The notes below the pieces were generated by a model. The model worked only from the letters and a program-made list of their open reading frames with translations, was not told the DNA's origin and made no database searches. DNA of 64,000 nt from Candidatus Latescibacterota bacterium (lineage in GTDB: Bacteria; Latescibacterota; UBA2968; GCA-2709665): NCBI GenBank assembly GCA_965248435.1, contig OZ252100.1, forward strand, positions 608,001 through 672,000. The letters are read 5' to 3'. This document shows, in pieces, positions 39,156 to 48,842 of this stretch. Within the stretch, counting starts at the first letter, position 1. Every line of letters starts with the position of its first letter. The position numbers and the translations under genes are program-made.

Positions 39156-40071
39156 ACGCGAATCTTCGAAGTGGGCAGATCTCTTGACGGAACAGTCAAA
39201 CCCTGCGTCCGCCAACATCGATGAGTTGCCCACATTGGAGATCGTTCGTGTCATGAATTCGGAAGATCAAGGCGTAGCGGAGGCGGTTTCGACCGTTCTG
39301 GAAGACATCGCAAGCGCTGTCGATCTGGTCGTGGAATCCTTCCGAAAGGGAGGACGGCTCTTTTATGTTGGTGCCGGGTCAAGCGGCAGGCTCGGCGTCC
39401 TTGACGCAGCGGAGTGTCCGCCGACTTTCGGAACAGACCCGGGGTTGGTACAGGGGCTCATTGCCGGAGGCCCCGAGGCCCTTCTACACTCTCAGGAAGG
39501 TGCGGAGGATCAACTTGAGGAAGGAGGGGCGGAACTCCACGCGAGGAATGTGTCAGGAGATGATGTGATTGTCGGAATTGCTGCGAGCGGCGTCACACCC
39601 TTCGTACTGGGCGCGCTTTCCTGGGCTCGGGCGAGGGGCGCGTCCACGATATTCCTCACCTGCAGTCCGGAACCCGCTGAAACAATCGAGGTGGACGTCA
39701 CGATCGTTCCGGCCGTAGGCCCGGAAGTGATCACCGGATCGACACGCCTGAAGGCCGGAACGGCGACCAAGCTCGTCCTGAACATGCTGACGACTGCGGC
39801 CATGGTGCGAATGGGAAAGGTCTACGAGAATATGATGGTCGATCTGAAACCGACTTCCCGGAAACTGAGAGACAGGGCGACGCGTATTCTGGCTCACGTG
39901 TCCGGACTCTCTCAGGGAGAGAGCCAGAAGGCGCTGACCGACGCAGATCACGATCTAAAGACCGCCATTGTCATGACAAAACGGGCCGTTTCACTCGAAA
40001 CGGCCCGCGATCTACTCAACCGCCACGACGGCGTCGTGAAGAAGGCCCTCGTCGACGCCGGTCTCGACTAG
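39145..40071 (+). CDS. murQ: N-acetylmuramic acid 6-phosphate etherase
   Basis: GAGSSGRLGVLDAAECPPTF and GPEVITGSTRLKAGTA. Confidence 0.93.
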   Translation: METERESSKWADLLTEQSNPASANIDELPTLEIVRVMNSEDQGVAEAVSTVLEDIASAVDLVVESFRKGGRLFYVGAGSSGRLGVLDAAECPPTFGTDPGLVQGLIAGGPEALLHSQEGAEDQLEEGGAELHARNVSGDDVIVGIAASGVTPFVLGALSWARARGASTIFLTCSPEPAETIEVDVTIVPAVGPEVITGSTRLKAGTATKLVLNMLTTAAMVRMGKVYENMMVDLKPTSRKLRDRATRILAHVSGLSQGESQKALTDADHDLKTAIVMTKRAVSLETARDLLNRHDGVVKKALVDAGLD

Positions 40072-40077
40072 CCTGAA

Positions 40078-41607
40078 TCAGGCAGTTCCACGATTATAAT
40101 GCAGTTTGATGAGCTGGTCCAGATGCTGCTTCGCGCTCCTAGCGGCCTGTTCATCAATCACGAATTCCGTCTTCCCGAGCAGTTTCAGGCCGTGCCCGAA
40201 GTCGTCGAACTTCGAGCGACAAAGCTCCGTCACCGACTGCCCTTTCGAGGTAGCTTCCTGGCCAAGGTATGCCGCGGCGCCGGGATCGAACCTCAGGTTT
40301 ATACCGTACGCCTTCTTGAAGTGCTCCGTGTACGAGGCGACACTTCGGTCGGCCAGCAGCCTTTCGAGTTCCACCTCCGGGCTCTCAACCACCTCTGGGG
40401 TCACCGTAAATGAGCGGATATCGGTAGAGGGCACGGTCTTTTCAAACTTGAGAAGAATCCGCTCGGCGACGCGTACCAGGGCCCTGGCCCCGGTACGTTC
40501 TGTGGCAGCCAGCTCAGCCATCTTCCGAAGAGCCTCGTTTTCGAAGCTCAGCTCGATTCCGTAGGCTTCGAAATCTCGCTTCTTTCCCAATGTCACCGAG
40601 TTGTTCGAATTTTTCAGGATCTCATAGAGATCATCTACGACCAAAGGCTCAAGCACGGCGACGACCGGCAACCGACCGATAAACTCGGATTCGAACCCGT
40701 ATTCGATCAAATCTTCCGAGGCGACCTGCTTCACATATGCCGTACGGTCGAATTCCCGTTCTGTGAATCGCTCCGACTCGGCTTTGAATCCCATGCTTCC
40801 CAAGTTAAGACGCTTTCTCACGATCTCCTCCAGGTCATTAAAAGCGCCGCTCACGATAAAAAGGATGTTTCGCGTGTTGATCTTTTGGTGCTCCATCTTG
40901 CCGCTTTGTTGAAACTTCATCATGGACTCCATCTGCGACGCGAGGTCATGAGGAGCCTTCAAGTCGACCTCCGTCTCCTCCATGAGTTTCAAAAGATTAC
41001 GCTGGACGCCTGTTCGTGATACGTCCGGTCCGACGAGATTCGAAGCCGATGCGATCTTGTCGATCTCATCCACATATATGATCCCGTTCTCTGCCTTTTG
41101 TATGCTCCCACCCGCTTCCCTTACCAACTCTCGGACGAGATCTTCGACATCCCCACCCACGTAGCCGGTCTCGCTGAATTTCGTCGCGTCTCCTTTGACG
41201 AATGGTACCCCGATCCGGTCTGCGATCAGCTTAATCAGATAGGTCTTACCCACTCCGGTGGGTCCGATGAGCAGAATGTTGTTCTTGATGCGTCCAACAA
41301 GTCGGCTCGACCCCTCGCGGTCTTCCCGATCCAGCTTCATGCGGTTAAAGTGTGTACAGATCTTGGTGGCGAGAATCTCCTTGGCCTGTTCCTGCTTGAT
41401 CACATATTCGTTCAAATACGCCTCGAGTTCCTCCGGCTTGAGGTCGAAATCAATCTCCTCATCCACAGGCTGGGTCGTATGCGGCCCTTCCTTGCTCCCG
41501 GCCGCTTCAGCCTGGGGGAAGACCACCTGGGCGCCATATTTTTTCTCGATAAAGTCTTTCAGGTCTTTTTGAATCTCTGCGGGGTTTACGGGACGCTGTT
41601 CGGACAT
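40078..41607 (-). CDS. ClpX-like AAA+ ATPase lacking the zinc-binding domain
   Basis: GPTGVGKT, ETGYVGGDVE, DEIDKIA, EFIGRLP and TGARAL; no N-terminal C4 zinc finger. Confidence 0.85.
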   Translation of the reverse strand: MSEQRPVNPAEIQKDLKDFIEKKYGAQVVFPQAEAAGSKEGPHTTQPVDEEIDFDLKPEELEAYLNEYVIKQEQAKEILATKICTHFNRMKLDREDREGSSRLVGRIKNNILLIGPTGVGKTYLIKLIADRIGVPFVKGDATKFSETGYVGGDVEDLVRELVREAGGSIQKAENGIIYVDEIDKIASASNLVGPDVSRTGVQRNLLKLMEETEVDLKAPHDLASQMESMMKFQQSGKMEHQKINTRNILFIVSGAFNDLEEIVRKRLNLGSMGFKAESERFTEREFDRTAYVKQVASEDLIEYGFESEFIGRLPVVAVLEPLVVDDLYEILKNSNNSVTLGKKRDFEAYGIELSFENEALRKMAELAATERTGARALVRVAERILLKFEKTVPSTDIRSFTVTPEVVESPEVELERLLADRSVASYTEHFKKAYGINLRFDPGAAAYLGQEATSKGQSVTELCRSKFDDFGHGLKLLGKTEFVIDEQAARSAKQHLDQLIKLHYNRGTA

Positions 41608-41735
41608 CGGCCTCTCCTGAACTTGTAGGGAAGTCTGTTTTTTGCTTATACTTAAGGATACGAGGTGAAGCGATTCGTGTCAAGACGATTGACGGTAATC
41701 CACCAAACTAAACCATTTTGACTCTGGAGAGGAAT

Positions 41736-42215
41736 ATGGAGCCTAAAGAGATCGCCGAAATTCTTCGTAGGGTTCCCATCTTTTACGAGTTTGACCCTGG
41801 GCAGGTAGAACGTATTCTGAAGATCTCCAAAGAGGTCACATACGAGGCGGAGCAGTTTGTTTTCCACGAAGGCGAGCCCAGTACGGAGATGCTGTTCCTC
41901 ATTTCGGGGAAATTTCGAGTGCAGGCCGCGTCAGGCGCTGAGATCGCGACGATAGGCGAAGCGGGGATCGTGGGCGAAATGGGCGTCTTGACGGGTCAAC
42001 CCCGTTCGGCCGGTGTCGTAGCAACTGAGCCGTGCGTCGCTCTGTCGGTCTCAGTAGAAGACCTCTTTAGACTGATCGCAGAGGACAAGGACGTGGGCTA
42101 CAAGATTTACCGAATTGTCACGCATCTCCTCTCGGATCGTCTGCGAGAAAGCAACATCATACTCGAGCAGCAGTATCTCCTCCTTGATGACATCGCCTCG
42201 GAAGACTCACCCTGA
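41736..42215 (+). CDS. Cyclic nucleotide-binding domain protein (no HTH)
   Basis: VFHEGEP and GEMGVLTGQPRSA. Confidence 0.85.
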   Translation: MEPKEIAEILRRVPIFYEFDPGQVERILKISKEVTYEAEQFVFHEGEPSTEMLFLISGKFRVQAASGAEIATIGEAGIVGEMGVLTGQPRSAGVVATEPCVALSVSVEDLFRLIAEDKDVGYKIYRIVTHLLSDRLRESNIILEQQYLLLDDIASEDSP

Positions 42216-43936
42216 TGCATCTGACTTATTTCACGGTTCGGAAACTGGTCGACGAATTACAAGCTTCCTTGGTGAAACGTCGGATCTCGAATGCCTTTAC
42301 CGCCGAGTCAACCGACCTGGTTCTTCAGGTGGAAGGGCGTGGATATCTCTTGCTTTCTGCATCCCCTCAAGACGGGCGCGTTACGATGCTGGAACAGCCG
42401 CCGGAGGTAAAATCTGCCCCTCCCGACTGGGCGGAGCGGTACCTCGAAAAGGGGCAGATTGAGGCGGTGCATCAGGTGCCGATGGACAGGATCATCGAAT
42501 TTGCGCTGACGAAACGCGATCGTTTGGGCGGCGTAACGCGTGCGCGTCTCATTGCTGAATTGACCGGACGCTATGCGAACGTGATTCTGACTGGAGAACC
42601 AGACGGTCGAGTACTGGGCTGCATGCGCAACGTGACCTCAAACATGAGTCGCGCTCGGGAAATCTTGCCAGGAAAACCGTATCGTCCACCCCCACCTTCC
42701 CGCAAGAAGCACGTGGAAGACGTCGATTCAACCTTCGTGGATGAGGTCCTGAAAGGCAGCGACGACTCGCCGGAAGTCGCCTTGATGCGATCGATTTGTT
42801 CGCTGGACACCCTCACGGCGAGAGAGCTGCTCTACCGTGCCGGAGGCCCAAACGCGGATGCGGGGCTGCTTTCGAGAGAATTGAAACAGATGTTCGACAC
42901 ACCCGACTTTCTGGACGGCGCCATTGGCTTCAGGGATCCGGCGGAGAATACCTTCAAGGTTTCTCCGATTCCCCTTAGGCACATCGAACTTGAAAGTCAG
43001 CGTAGCTTTCCGTCGGCCAGCGAAGCCATAGAATGGGCCTCCACAGAAGAATGGCGCCTCAGAACTGGGGAGCAAAAACAGACTCGGATGGAAAAGTCTC
43101 TGGTTGCACAAAAGGCATCGCTTGAAAAGAAGATGGAATTCTTGGAACGGGCTTATGCAGATGCGCAGGAGGCAGATCAATATGAGAAGTTCGGCAACCT
43201 CCTGATGAACAATCTCCACAAGATAACCCCAGGGGCCGATTCGATAACCCTGGAAGACCTGTTTCACCCAGACAGTCCTCCCGTGAGCATCCCCCTTCAG
43301 TCACACCGGATCCCGCTAGAAAATGCCCGCGACTACATGAAGCGGGCACGGAAGGCAAGGAGGGCCGAGCCAATCCTGACTCGGCGGCTAGAGGCCCTGA
43401 GAAGGAAAGGGACTGAGCTGACTTCCTATTTCGAGCGGTTGCGAAGTCTGAACGACGAAGGCGATCTCGACAGACTGTGGGATGAGGCTCAGCAGGCGGG
43501 TTGGCTTCATGCAGACACACAGGGGAAAAAGGGCAAAAAGAGGCCCTCTATGGGCGGTATCCATCCACGTCGCTATCTGACGTCGGAGGGCTGGCTTGTG
43601 CTCATCGGAAGGAACAATAACGAGAATGATCGATTGACGAAGGGGTCTGCGAAGGAGGATATCTTCCTTCACGCCAGGGGTTGTCCGGGGTCCCACGCGA
43701 TCTTGAAAAGCGATGGTAGGACGGAGTCCCCTTCAAAATCGACGCTCCAGGAGGCGGCAAGCGTTGCGGCTTACTGGAGCAAAGCCAGGAGTTCCAAAAC
43801 AGTACCTGTGGACTACACGAAGGTCAGGTTCGTAGGGAAACCCAGAGGATCGCCGCCTGGCCTCGTCAGTATTCGAAACGAGAAGACGCTCTTCGTCCAA
43901 CCGAGAGAAATCAGGAGGGCCGACGAGCCGGTCTGA
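42215..43936 (+). CDS. rqcH: NFACT/RqcH (FbpA-like) ribosome quality control protein
   Basis: DRII, ELTGRYANVIL, GRNNNEND, HARGCPGSH and VPVDYT. Confidence 0.85.
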   Translation: MHLTYFTVRKLVDELQASLVKRRISNAFTAESTDLVLQVEGRGYLLLSASPQDGRVTMLEQPPEVKSAPPDWAERYLEKGQIEAVHQVPMDRIIEFALTKRDRLGGVTRARLIAELTGRYANVILTGEPDGRVLGCMRNVTSNMSRAREILPGKPYRPPPPSRKKHVEDVDSTFVDEVLKGSDDSPEVALMRSICSLDTLTARELLYRAGGPNADAGLLSRELKQMFDTPDFLDGAIGFRDPAENTFKVSPIPLRHIELESQRSFPSASEAIEWASTEEWRLRTGEQKQTRMEKSLVAQKASLEKKMEFLERAYADAQEADQYEKFGNLLMNNLHKITPGADSITLEDLFHPDSPPVSIPLQSHRIPLENARDYMKRARKARRAEPILTRRLEALRRKGTELTSYFERLRSLNDEGDLDRLWDEAQQAGWLHADTQGKKGKKRPSMGGIHPRRYLTSEGWLVLIGRNNNENDRLTKGSAKEDIFLHARGCPGSHAILKSDGRTESPSKSTLQEAASVAAYWSKARSSKTVPVDYTKVRFVGKPRGSPPGLVSIRNEKTLFVQPREIRRADEPV

Positions 43937-43938
43937 GT

Positions 43939-44592
43939 TCAAGCTTGAAACAAAGGCAGCAGCTCCAAAAATCGCGATCCGCTCAGCCTGGAGAATTCGA
44001 TCAATCCTGCCTTCACATCCGCCTCTATCCGTTTATCCACGTTTTTGACCGTCTGCCTAATCGCAATCGTGTGCTTTGGGTCTTCCAAGGCGTGTGTTTG
44101 AACGAACGTCGACGGATACGACACCTCGTCAACTTTGGGAAAGAGGATCCCCGACGCGGTCTCGAACAGGAACGAATGTCCAAGGATGTTGTGTGGTCTT
44201 TGCGCGGCCTCTTGCTGCAGGAGACTCGCATATTCAGAGATCTTTGGGGATGAGAACGGAAATACGCTCTCGACTCCCAGGTCCCTCAAATCGGCCAACG
44301 CCATCTCGGCGTGCCCCTGCTCCCCATCTGCACAGAGCTGAAATCTCTTGGACAGGTAGGCGTCTCTTCGGTGCAGGATACTCTGTGCAGCAGTAACGGC
44401 CAGGCGGCTCTGATGTTCGATAAAATAGAATGCGGTCAGAAGCGCGGCATAGTCCGTTCTGGAGATCGACCCACTCAGTAGCGACTTCACTCTCTCAACT
44501 TCGCACAGCTTCTGCTCAAAGTCATGAGCTTCCTTGTCGAGCGCCTGAGCCAGATTCATCATCGCTACCGTCCTGCAGATCTCCTTTAGCAT
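43939..44592 (-). CDS. Heme-oxygenase-like / iron-containing redox enzyme family protein
   Basis: EQGH, FLFE and HALEDPKH spacing typical of HO-like diiron ligands; TGATG coupling to the upstream gene. Confidence 0.6.
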   Translation of the reverse strand: MLKEICRTVAMMNLAQALDKEAHDFEQKLCEVERVKSLLSGSISRTDYAALLTAFYFIEHQSRLAVTAAQSILHRRDAYLSKRFQLCADGEQGHAEMALADLRDLGVESVFPFSSPKISEYASLLQQEAAQRPHNILGHSFLFETASGILFPKVDEVSYPSTFVQTHALEDPKHTIAIRQTVKNVDKRIEADVKAGLIEFSRLSGSRFLELLPLFQA

Positions 44593-45356
44593 CAAAACTT
44601 CTCGAAGTAGACCAGACGTAACTCTCTATCGGGTCTGGGACTCTGGCGGCCGTTCTGAAAAATATTCTTAATGTCGAATTCCAGCGCAAGTTGACTCGAC
44701 AGGTTCCATCGTGTACCCAGGTTGAAGAGTCCCCGCCCAGATCCGAGCGAATTCCCCTCGTTATCATTCAGGGCGAAGTCGTACTCCATCAAGATCATGA
44801 TCATCCGCCCGAACAGCTTCTCGATTCCGATAAATCCTGAAATGTCGTTATCCCCATCCTTGTTCTCAAAACTTCGATTCAAACCGCCATGGAGTCCGAT
44901 ATCGCCATAGGAAGAACCAAAGTTCTTGCTCATGACTGCATAGAATCCTTTCGACTTTGCGGCGTACCGTTTTAAATCATCGTCGTAGGAACCGTAACCC
45001 TGGGATTGGTAGCCGACGGCCAAGGCAGGAAAGCGATACCCCTCTTCGATAAGCCGCAGCCTTCCGGTGAATTCAACGCCTGGATTCCACTCTACGCCCT
45101 GTCTCCCCACCAAATGCTGTCCCCCGAATGAAATTCCAAGCCCTGCCCTGCTGAGCACGCCCACCTCCACCTGAACCAGGATTCCATTTTGTTCATAGAA
45201 TCTGAAATCCACGGCAAGGCTGCGCCGCGGAAGGAGGCCGGCCGTTGGACTGTCGATAAGCCACCTCGGCTGCAGATCGCCCTGGGCATGTAGAGGAGCC
45301 GACGTGAGACTAAAGGCGATCACCAGAAAAATACAAAACGCTGCGCTTGGTCTCAT
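44592..45356 (-). CDS. Secreted/outer-membrane protein (YjbH-like)
   Basis: Signal peptide, LIDSPTAGLL motif, alternating beta-strand pattern and C-terminal Phe. Confidence 0.6.
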   Translation of the reverse strand: MRPSAAFCIFLVIAFSLTSAPLHAQGDLQPRWLIDSPTAGLLPRRSLAVDFRFYEQNGILVQVEVGVLSRAGLGISFGGQHLVGRQGVEWNPGVEFTGRLRLIEEGYRFPALAVGYQSQGYGSYDDDLKRYAAKSKGFYAVMSKNFGSSYGDIGLHGGLNRSFENKDGDNDISGFIGIEKLFGRMIMILMEYDFALNDNEGNSLGSGRGLFNLGTRWNLSSQLALEFDIKNIFQNGRQSPRPDRELRLVYFEKF

Positions 45357-45829
45357 GGGTTTGCTCCATTCTTGGGGTTCTGTTCTCCGTCCGAAAGCTT
45401 AAGGATCCGCTCCAGGGAGTTCTGCGCCTCGATACGAATAGTAATCGTTCCTGCCGGCAGCAAGTCGCCCGCTCGATCTGCCCACTCGATCAGGCAGATC
45501 CCCCTACGGGCCAAATAGTCGTCCCAACCCAAGTCGACCAGGTCTCCCGGAGACCGAAGTCGGTAGAGGTCGAAGTGATAAATCGGAGTTCGAGAGCCAC
45601 CGCAATCCCGGCCTTCGTACTCCTGGATCAGGATGAAAGTCGGGCTGGTTACCTGCTCCCTTACTCCAAGCCCCTCGCAGATTCCCTGAATCAGACACGT
45701 CTTACCGCTTCCCAGGTCGCCGATAAGCGCCACGGTTTGGCCACGGTAGAGGCGGGCAGCCAGGTTCCTGCCAATTGTGAATGTTTCTTCAGGGGAACGT
45801 GAGTGCAGGACAGCGTCCGTGTTGGCCAT
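45353..45829 (-). CDS. tsaE: t6A biosynthesis ATPase TsaE
   Basis: GDLGSGKT, VTSPTF, HFDLYRL and IEWAD. Confidence 0.95.
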   Translation of the reverse strand: MANTDAVLHSRSPEETFTIGRNLAARLYRGQTVALIGDLGSGKTCLIQGICEGLGVREQVTSPTFILIQEYEGRDCGGSRTPIYHFDLYRLRSPGDLVDLGWDDYLARRGICLIEWADRAGDLLPAGTITIRIEAQNSLERILKLSDGEQNPKNGANP

Positions 45830-45902
45830 CAGATTAGTAGGGGGGAGACCGGTGTGTGGGGCCGTGGGGGGACGCCAACAGGAAGGTCCGGAAGAATTAC
45901 TT

Positions 45903-47459
45903 CTATTTGCTTCTCAAGATCGAAACGGGTAGGATGACCTCCTCCAGAGAGATGCCCCCGTGCTGGAAGCTGTTGGCGTACTGCCGCTGGTATTCGTGGA
46001 ACTTCGTGGGATACACGAAATAGTAATCTTCCTTGGCAAGGATATAATTTGTCCCGAGCCCCAGCGAGGGCAGGCCGTATGCTTCCGGATCCTTGATGAA
46101 CATAGCCTGGCGCAAATCACAGCGGAGATTCTTCCCGTATTTGAATCTGAGATTCGTGGAAGTCTCGCGATTTCCGTGCGCGAGGGTTGCGCGGGCACTA
46201 AACATACACCCATGATCGGTCGTAATAACCACAGTCGAATCCGTTTCGGCCAGCTTTCGCAGCATCTCAAAAAGGGCCGAGTGCAAAAACCAGGATCGCG
46301 TCAATGAACGGAAGGCGGATTCTGTTGGAGCCATTTCCAGCAGGAGTTCGGACTCCGAGCGCCCGTGTGTCAACATATCCAGAAAGTTGAACACGACCGA
46401 CATCAATGGGAAAGAACGGTAGGAGTGGACTCTCTTAACGAGATTGTTGCCTTCGGCAATATCCAAGACCTTTACATAACGCGTCTCGGATGCCAGGGTG
46501 GGATCGATATCCTGGAGTTGACGATCAAGCAGCTGATGTTCGTGCCGATTCCTGCTCATTTCGTCGTCTCTGGCCGTACGCCACTCGTCTGGATAGAGTT
46601 TGGCGACATCTCCAGGGAACAGGCCGCTGAAGATCGCATTCCTGGAAAAAGGCGTTGCTGTTGGCAATATGGAGTAATAGTAATGCGGCTCGATGCTGAA
46701 CAAGTCTGCCAGAAGAGGTGTAATTGAAAGCCAGTGATCGAGCCGCAGGCAATCTAAGACGATGAAGAACACCTGTTTCCCTTCCCGAAGGAGAGGCACG
46801 ACAAATTCCGGAACAATGTCCACTGAGAGAAGTGGCGAGTTCTCCTCGTCATTCACCCACTGGCGATAGTTGCGGTCAACGAATTTTCCGAAATTGAGAT
46901 TGCAGTTTCGGCGTAGGTCCTCGTGCATCTTTCGAAGGCCCGGATCAAAAAAGTGATCAAGCTCCACATCCCAGTCAGAAAGCTTCAAGTGGATGTCGAT
47001 CCAGTCATCCCCAGTGGCCGCAGTCGACATCGACTCCCGTATACGGTTCGATGCGGCAACGTAATCCAGTCCCATCCGGTCCTTCAGAATCTGCCTAGTA
47101 TCCAGCTGCTTCTTGCAGGCAGAAAGGATCTGACTTGGGTTCACGGGTTTCGTCAGGTAATCGTCGATACGCTGTCCCAAGGCCTCCTCCATGAGGCGCT
47201 CTTCCTCATTCTTTGTAATCATGATGACGGGTACGTGGGGGCTGATATCCTTGATGACAGAAAGCGTCGAAAGCCCGTCCCGCCCGGCCATCATCTCATC
47301 CAGCAATACGATGTCAAACTCCTGCTTTTGTATCCTGGCAATGGCATCATCCCCGTTGGTCACCGGGGTGACTTCGTAACCCCGGTCATTCAAGAAGATG
47401 ATGTGGGGCTTGAGCAGATCAATCTCGTCATCCGCCCAGAGTATCCGTTTCTTATCCAA
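45903..47459 (-). CDS. PorX-like response regulator with a PglZ/alkaline-phosphatase domain
   Basis: ILWADDEIDLLKPH, LPTATPFSRN, TTDHG and FQHGGISLEE. Confidence 0.88.
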   Translation of the reverse strand: MDKKRILWADDEIDLLKPHIIFLNDRGYEVTPVTNGDDAIARIQKQEFDIVLLDEMMAGRDGLSTLSVIKDISPHVPVIMITKNEEERLMEEALGQRIDDYLTKPVNPSQILSACKKQLDTRQILKDRMGLDYVAASNRIRESMSTAATGDDWIDIHLKLSDWDVELDHFFDPGLRKMHEDLRRNCNLNFGKFVDRNYRQWVNDEENSPLLSVDIVPEFVVPLLREGKQVFFIVLDCLRLDHWLSITPLLADLFSIEPHYYYSILPTATPFSRNAIFSGLFPGDVAKLYPDEWRTARDDEMSRNRHEHQLLDRQLQDIDPTLASETRYVKVLDIAEGNNLVKRVHSYRSFPLMSVVFNFLDMLTHGRSESELLLEMAPTESAFRSLTRSWFLHSALFEMLRKLAETDSTVVITTDHGCMFSARATLAHGNRETSTNLRFKYGKNLRCDLRQAMFIKDPEAYGLPSLGLGTNYILAKEDYYFVYPTKFHEYQRQYANSFQHGGISLEEVILPVSILRSK

Positions 47460-47474
47460 TTCTAGAGTGACCTC

Positions 47475-48806
47475 TCAACCATCTTTTGACGTTTCCCGTT
47501 GTGCAATCGGAAGCGAAACCAGGAAGGTCGTCCCGACCTCGGGAATGCTTTCCAGCACCAATATCTTTCCCAGATGATAGTCCTCTACGATTCGTTTGAC
47601 AAACGCCAACCCCAGACCCCATCCACGCTTCTTTGTGCTGTAGCCCGGCAGAAAAATCTGTTTGACCCGATTGGGTTGGATCCCTTTGCCGTTGTCGCGG
47701 AATCGCACGTCCACCGACCTGCTGTCCTGGCGAACCTGCGCAGAGATCTCAATGCGACCTCCCCTGCCTTCCATCGCATCGGCCGCATTCTTGAGGAGGT
47801 TTTCGAACGCCCACCCGAGCAGCTCCCGGTTCATAGGCACTCGGGGAATATCGTTCTCCGTATGAAAAATTTGAATATCTTCAGGCAACCGATCCCGCAG
47901 GTAGGACGCGGTATCGGAAAGCACTTCGTTCAGGTTGTCTACGTGGAGCTCGGGGACCGACCCGATCTGGTTGAACCGTGAGGCGATCTTGTCCAGACGG
48001 CTCGTATCCTTGCTCATCTCGTCCACGATCTGATTGAATCGCCGTGTCGTTTCCTCACGATCTTCCGACGGTACATTCTGAAGCTCTGACTTCATCAACT
48101 CAATCCAACCATAGAGCGATGAAAGAGGCGTTCCGAGTTGATGAGCAGCCTCTCTCGCCAGGCCGACCCAAATCGAGCGCTGCTCGCTGTTGCGGATGTT
48201 TTGAAAACCCACATAGCCCACGCCGATGAACAGGGCCACGACGCCCAATGCCACCCATGGCAGCAGCAACAAACGCCTGACGATCGGCGGATCCCCATAG
48301 TAAAGCACTCGCGCTCCGATGTGCGGAATATCGAAGTGATGGGAAGGATTGCTCAGCTTTAGCCGGCTGACGATCTCCCTGACTTGCGCGAGCGCTTCGG
48401 GGCTGTAGTCGTCAGGGGGGATCCCGATCGCCTTCCAGAGTTGGGGCTCGCCCCGTTCGTCGGTAATAACAACTGGGAAGTCCGTCTTTCTTATCGTCTC
48501 GAAGATAATGTTCAGATCGGGTCCCGGCTTCACCACAATCGTGTCTCGCGTGGCAACGCTGTAGAAAAACGCATAGCGCTTGACCATCTCAAGCGTGTCT
48601 TGCCTCAAGGTGCCCACGACGAAAATCTGCGTATAGACCAGGAAGGCGAGGATGATGATCATCGCCGAAAGGAAGAAGTAGGCCCCGAATCGACTCCGGC
48701 CCGAAGGTGTGCCCCCACCGCTCCTCCACCCTCCCCGGACCCTGGACGAAGGAAGGTCCGGCCGGGACGACCTCGGACCTGTCTTCTCACCGACTGCCGT
48801 GCTCAT
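47475..48806 (-). CDS. Sensor histidine kinase
   Basis: Two TM segments; WVGLAREAAHQLGTPLSSL, ENLLKNA, DNGKG and GWGLGL. Confidence 0.92.
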   Translation of the reverse strand: MSTAVGEKTGPRSSRPDLPSSRVRGGWRSGGGTPSGRSRFGAYFFLSAMIIILAFLVYTQIFVVGTLRQDTLEMVKRYAFFYSVATRDTIVVKPGPDLNIIFETIRKTDFPVVITDERGEPQLWKAIGIPPDDYSPEALAQVREIVSRLKLSNPSHHFDIPHIGARVLYYGDPPIVRRLLLLPWVALGVVALFIGVGYVGFQNIRNSEQRSIWVGLAREAAHQLGTPLSSLYGWIELMKSELQNVPSEDREETTRRFNQIVDEMSKDTSRLDKIASRFNQIGSVPELHVDNLNEVLSDTASYLRDRLPEDIQIFHTENDIPRVPMNRELLGWAFENLLKNAADAMEGRGGRIEISAQVRQDSRSVDVRFRDNGKGIQPNRVKQIFLPGYSTKKRGWGLGLAFVKRIVEDYHLGKILVLESIPEVGTTFLVSLPIAQRETSKDG

Positions 48807-48842
48807 AAACCCTTCCTGTTCGCGCGGAAAATTCTCAGTCGA

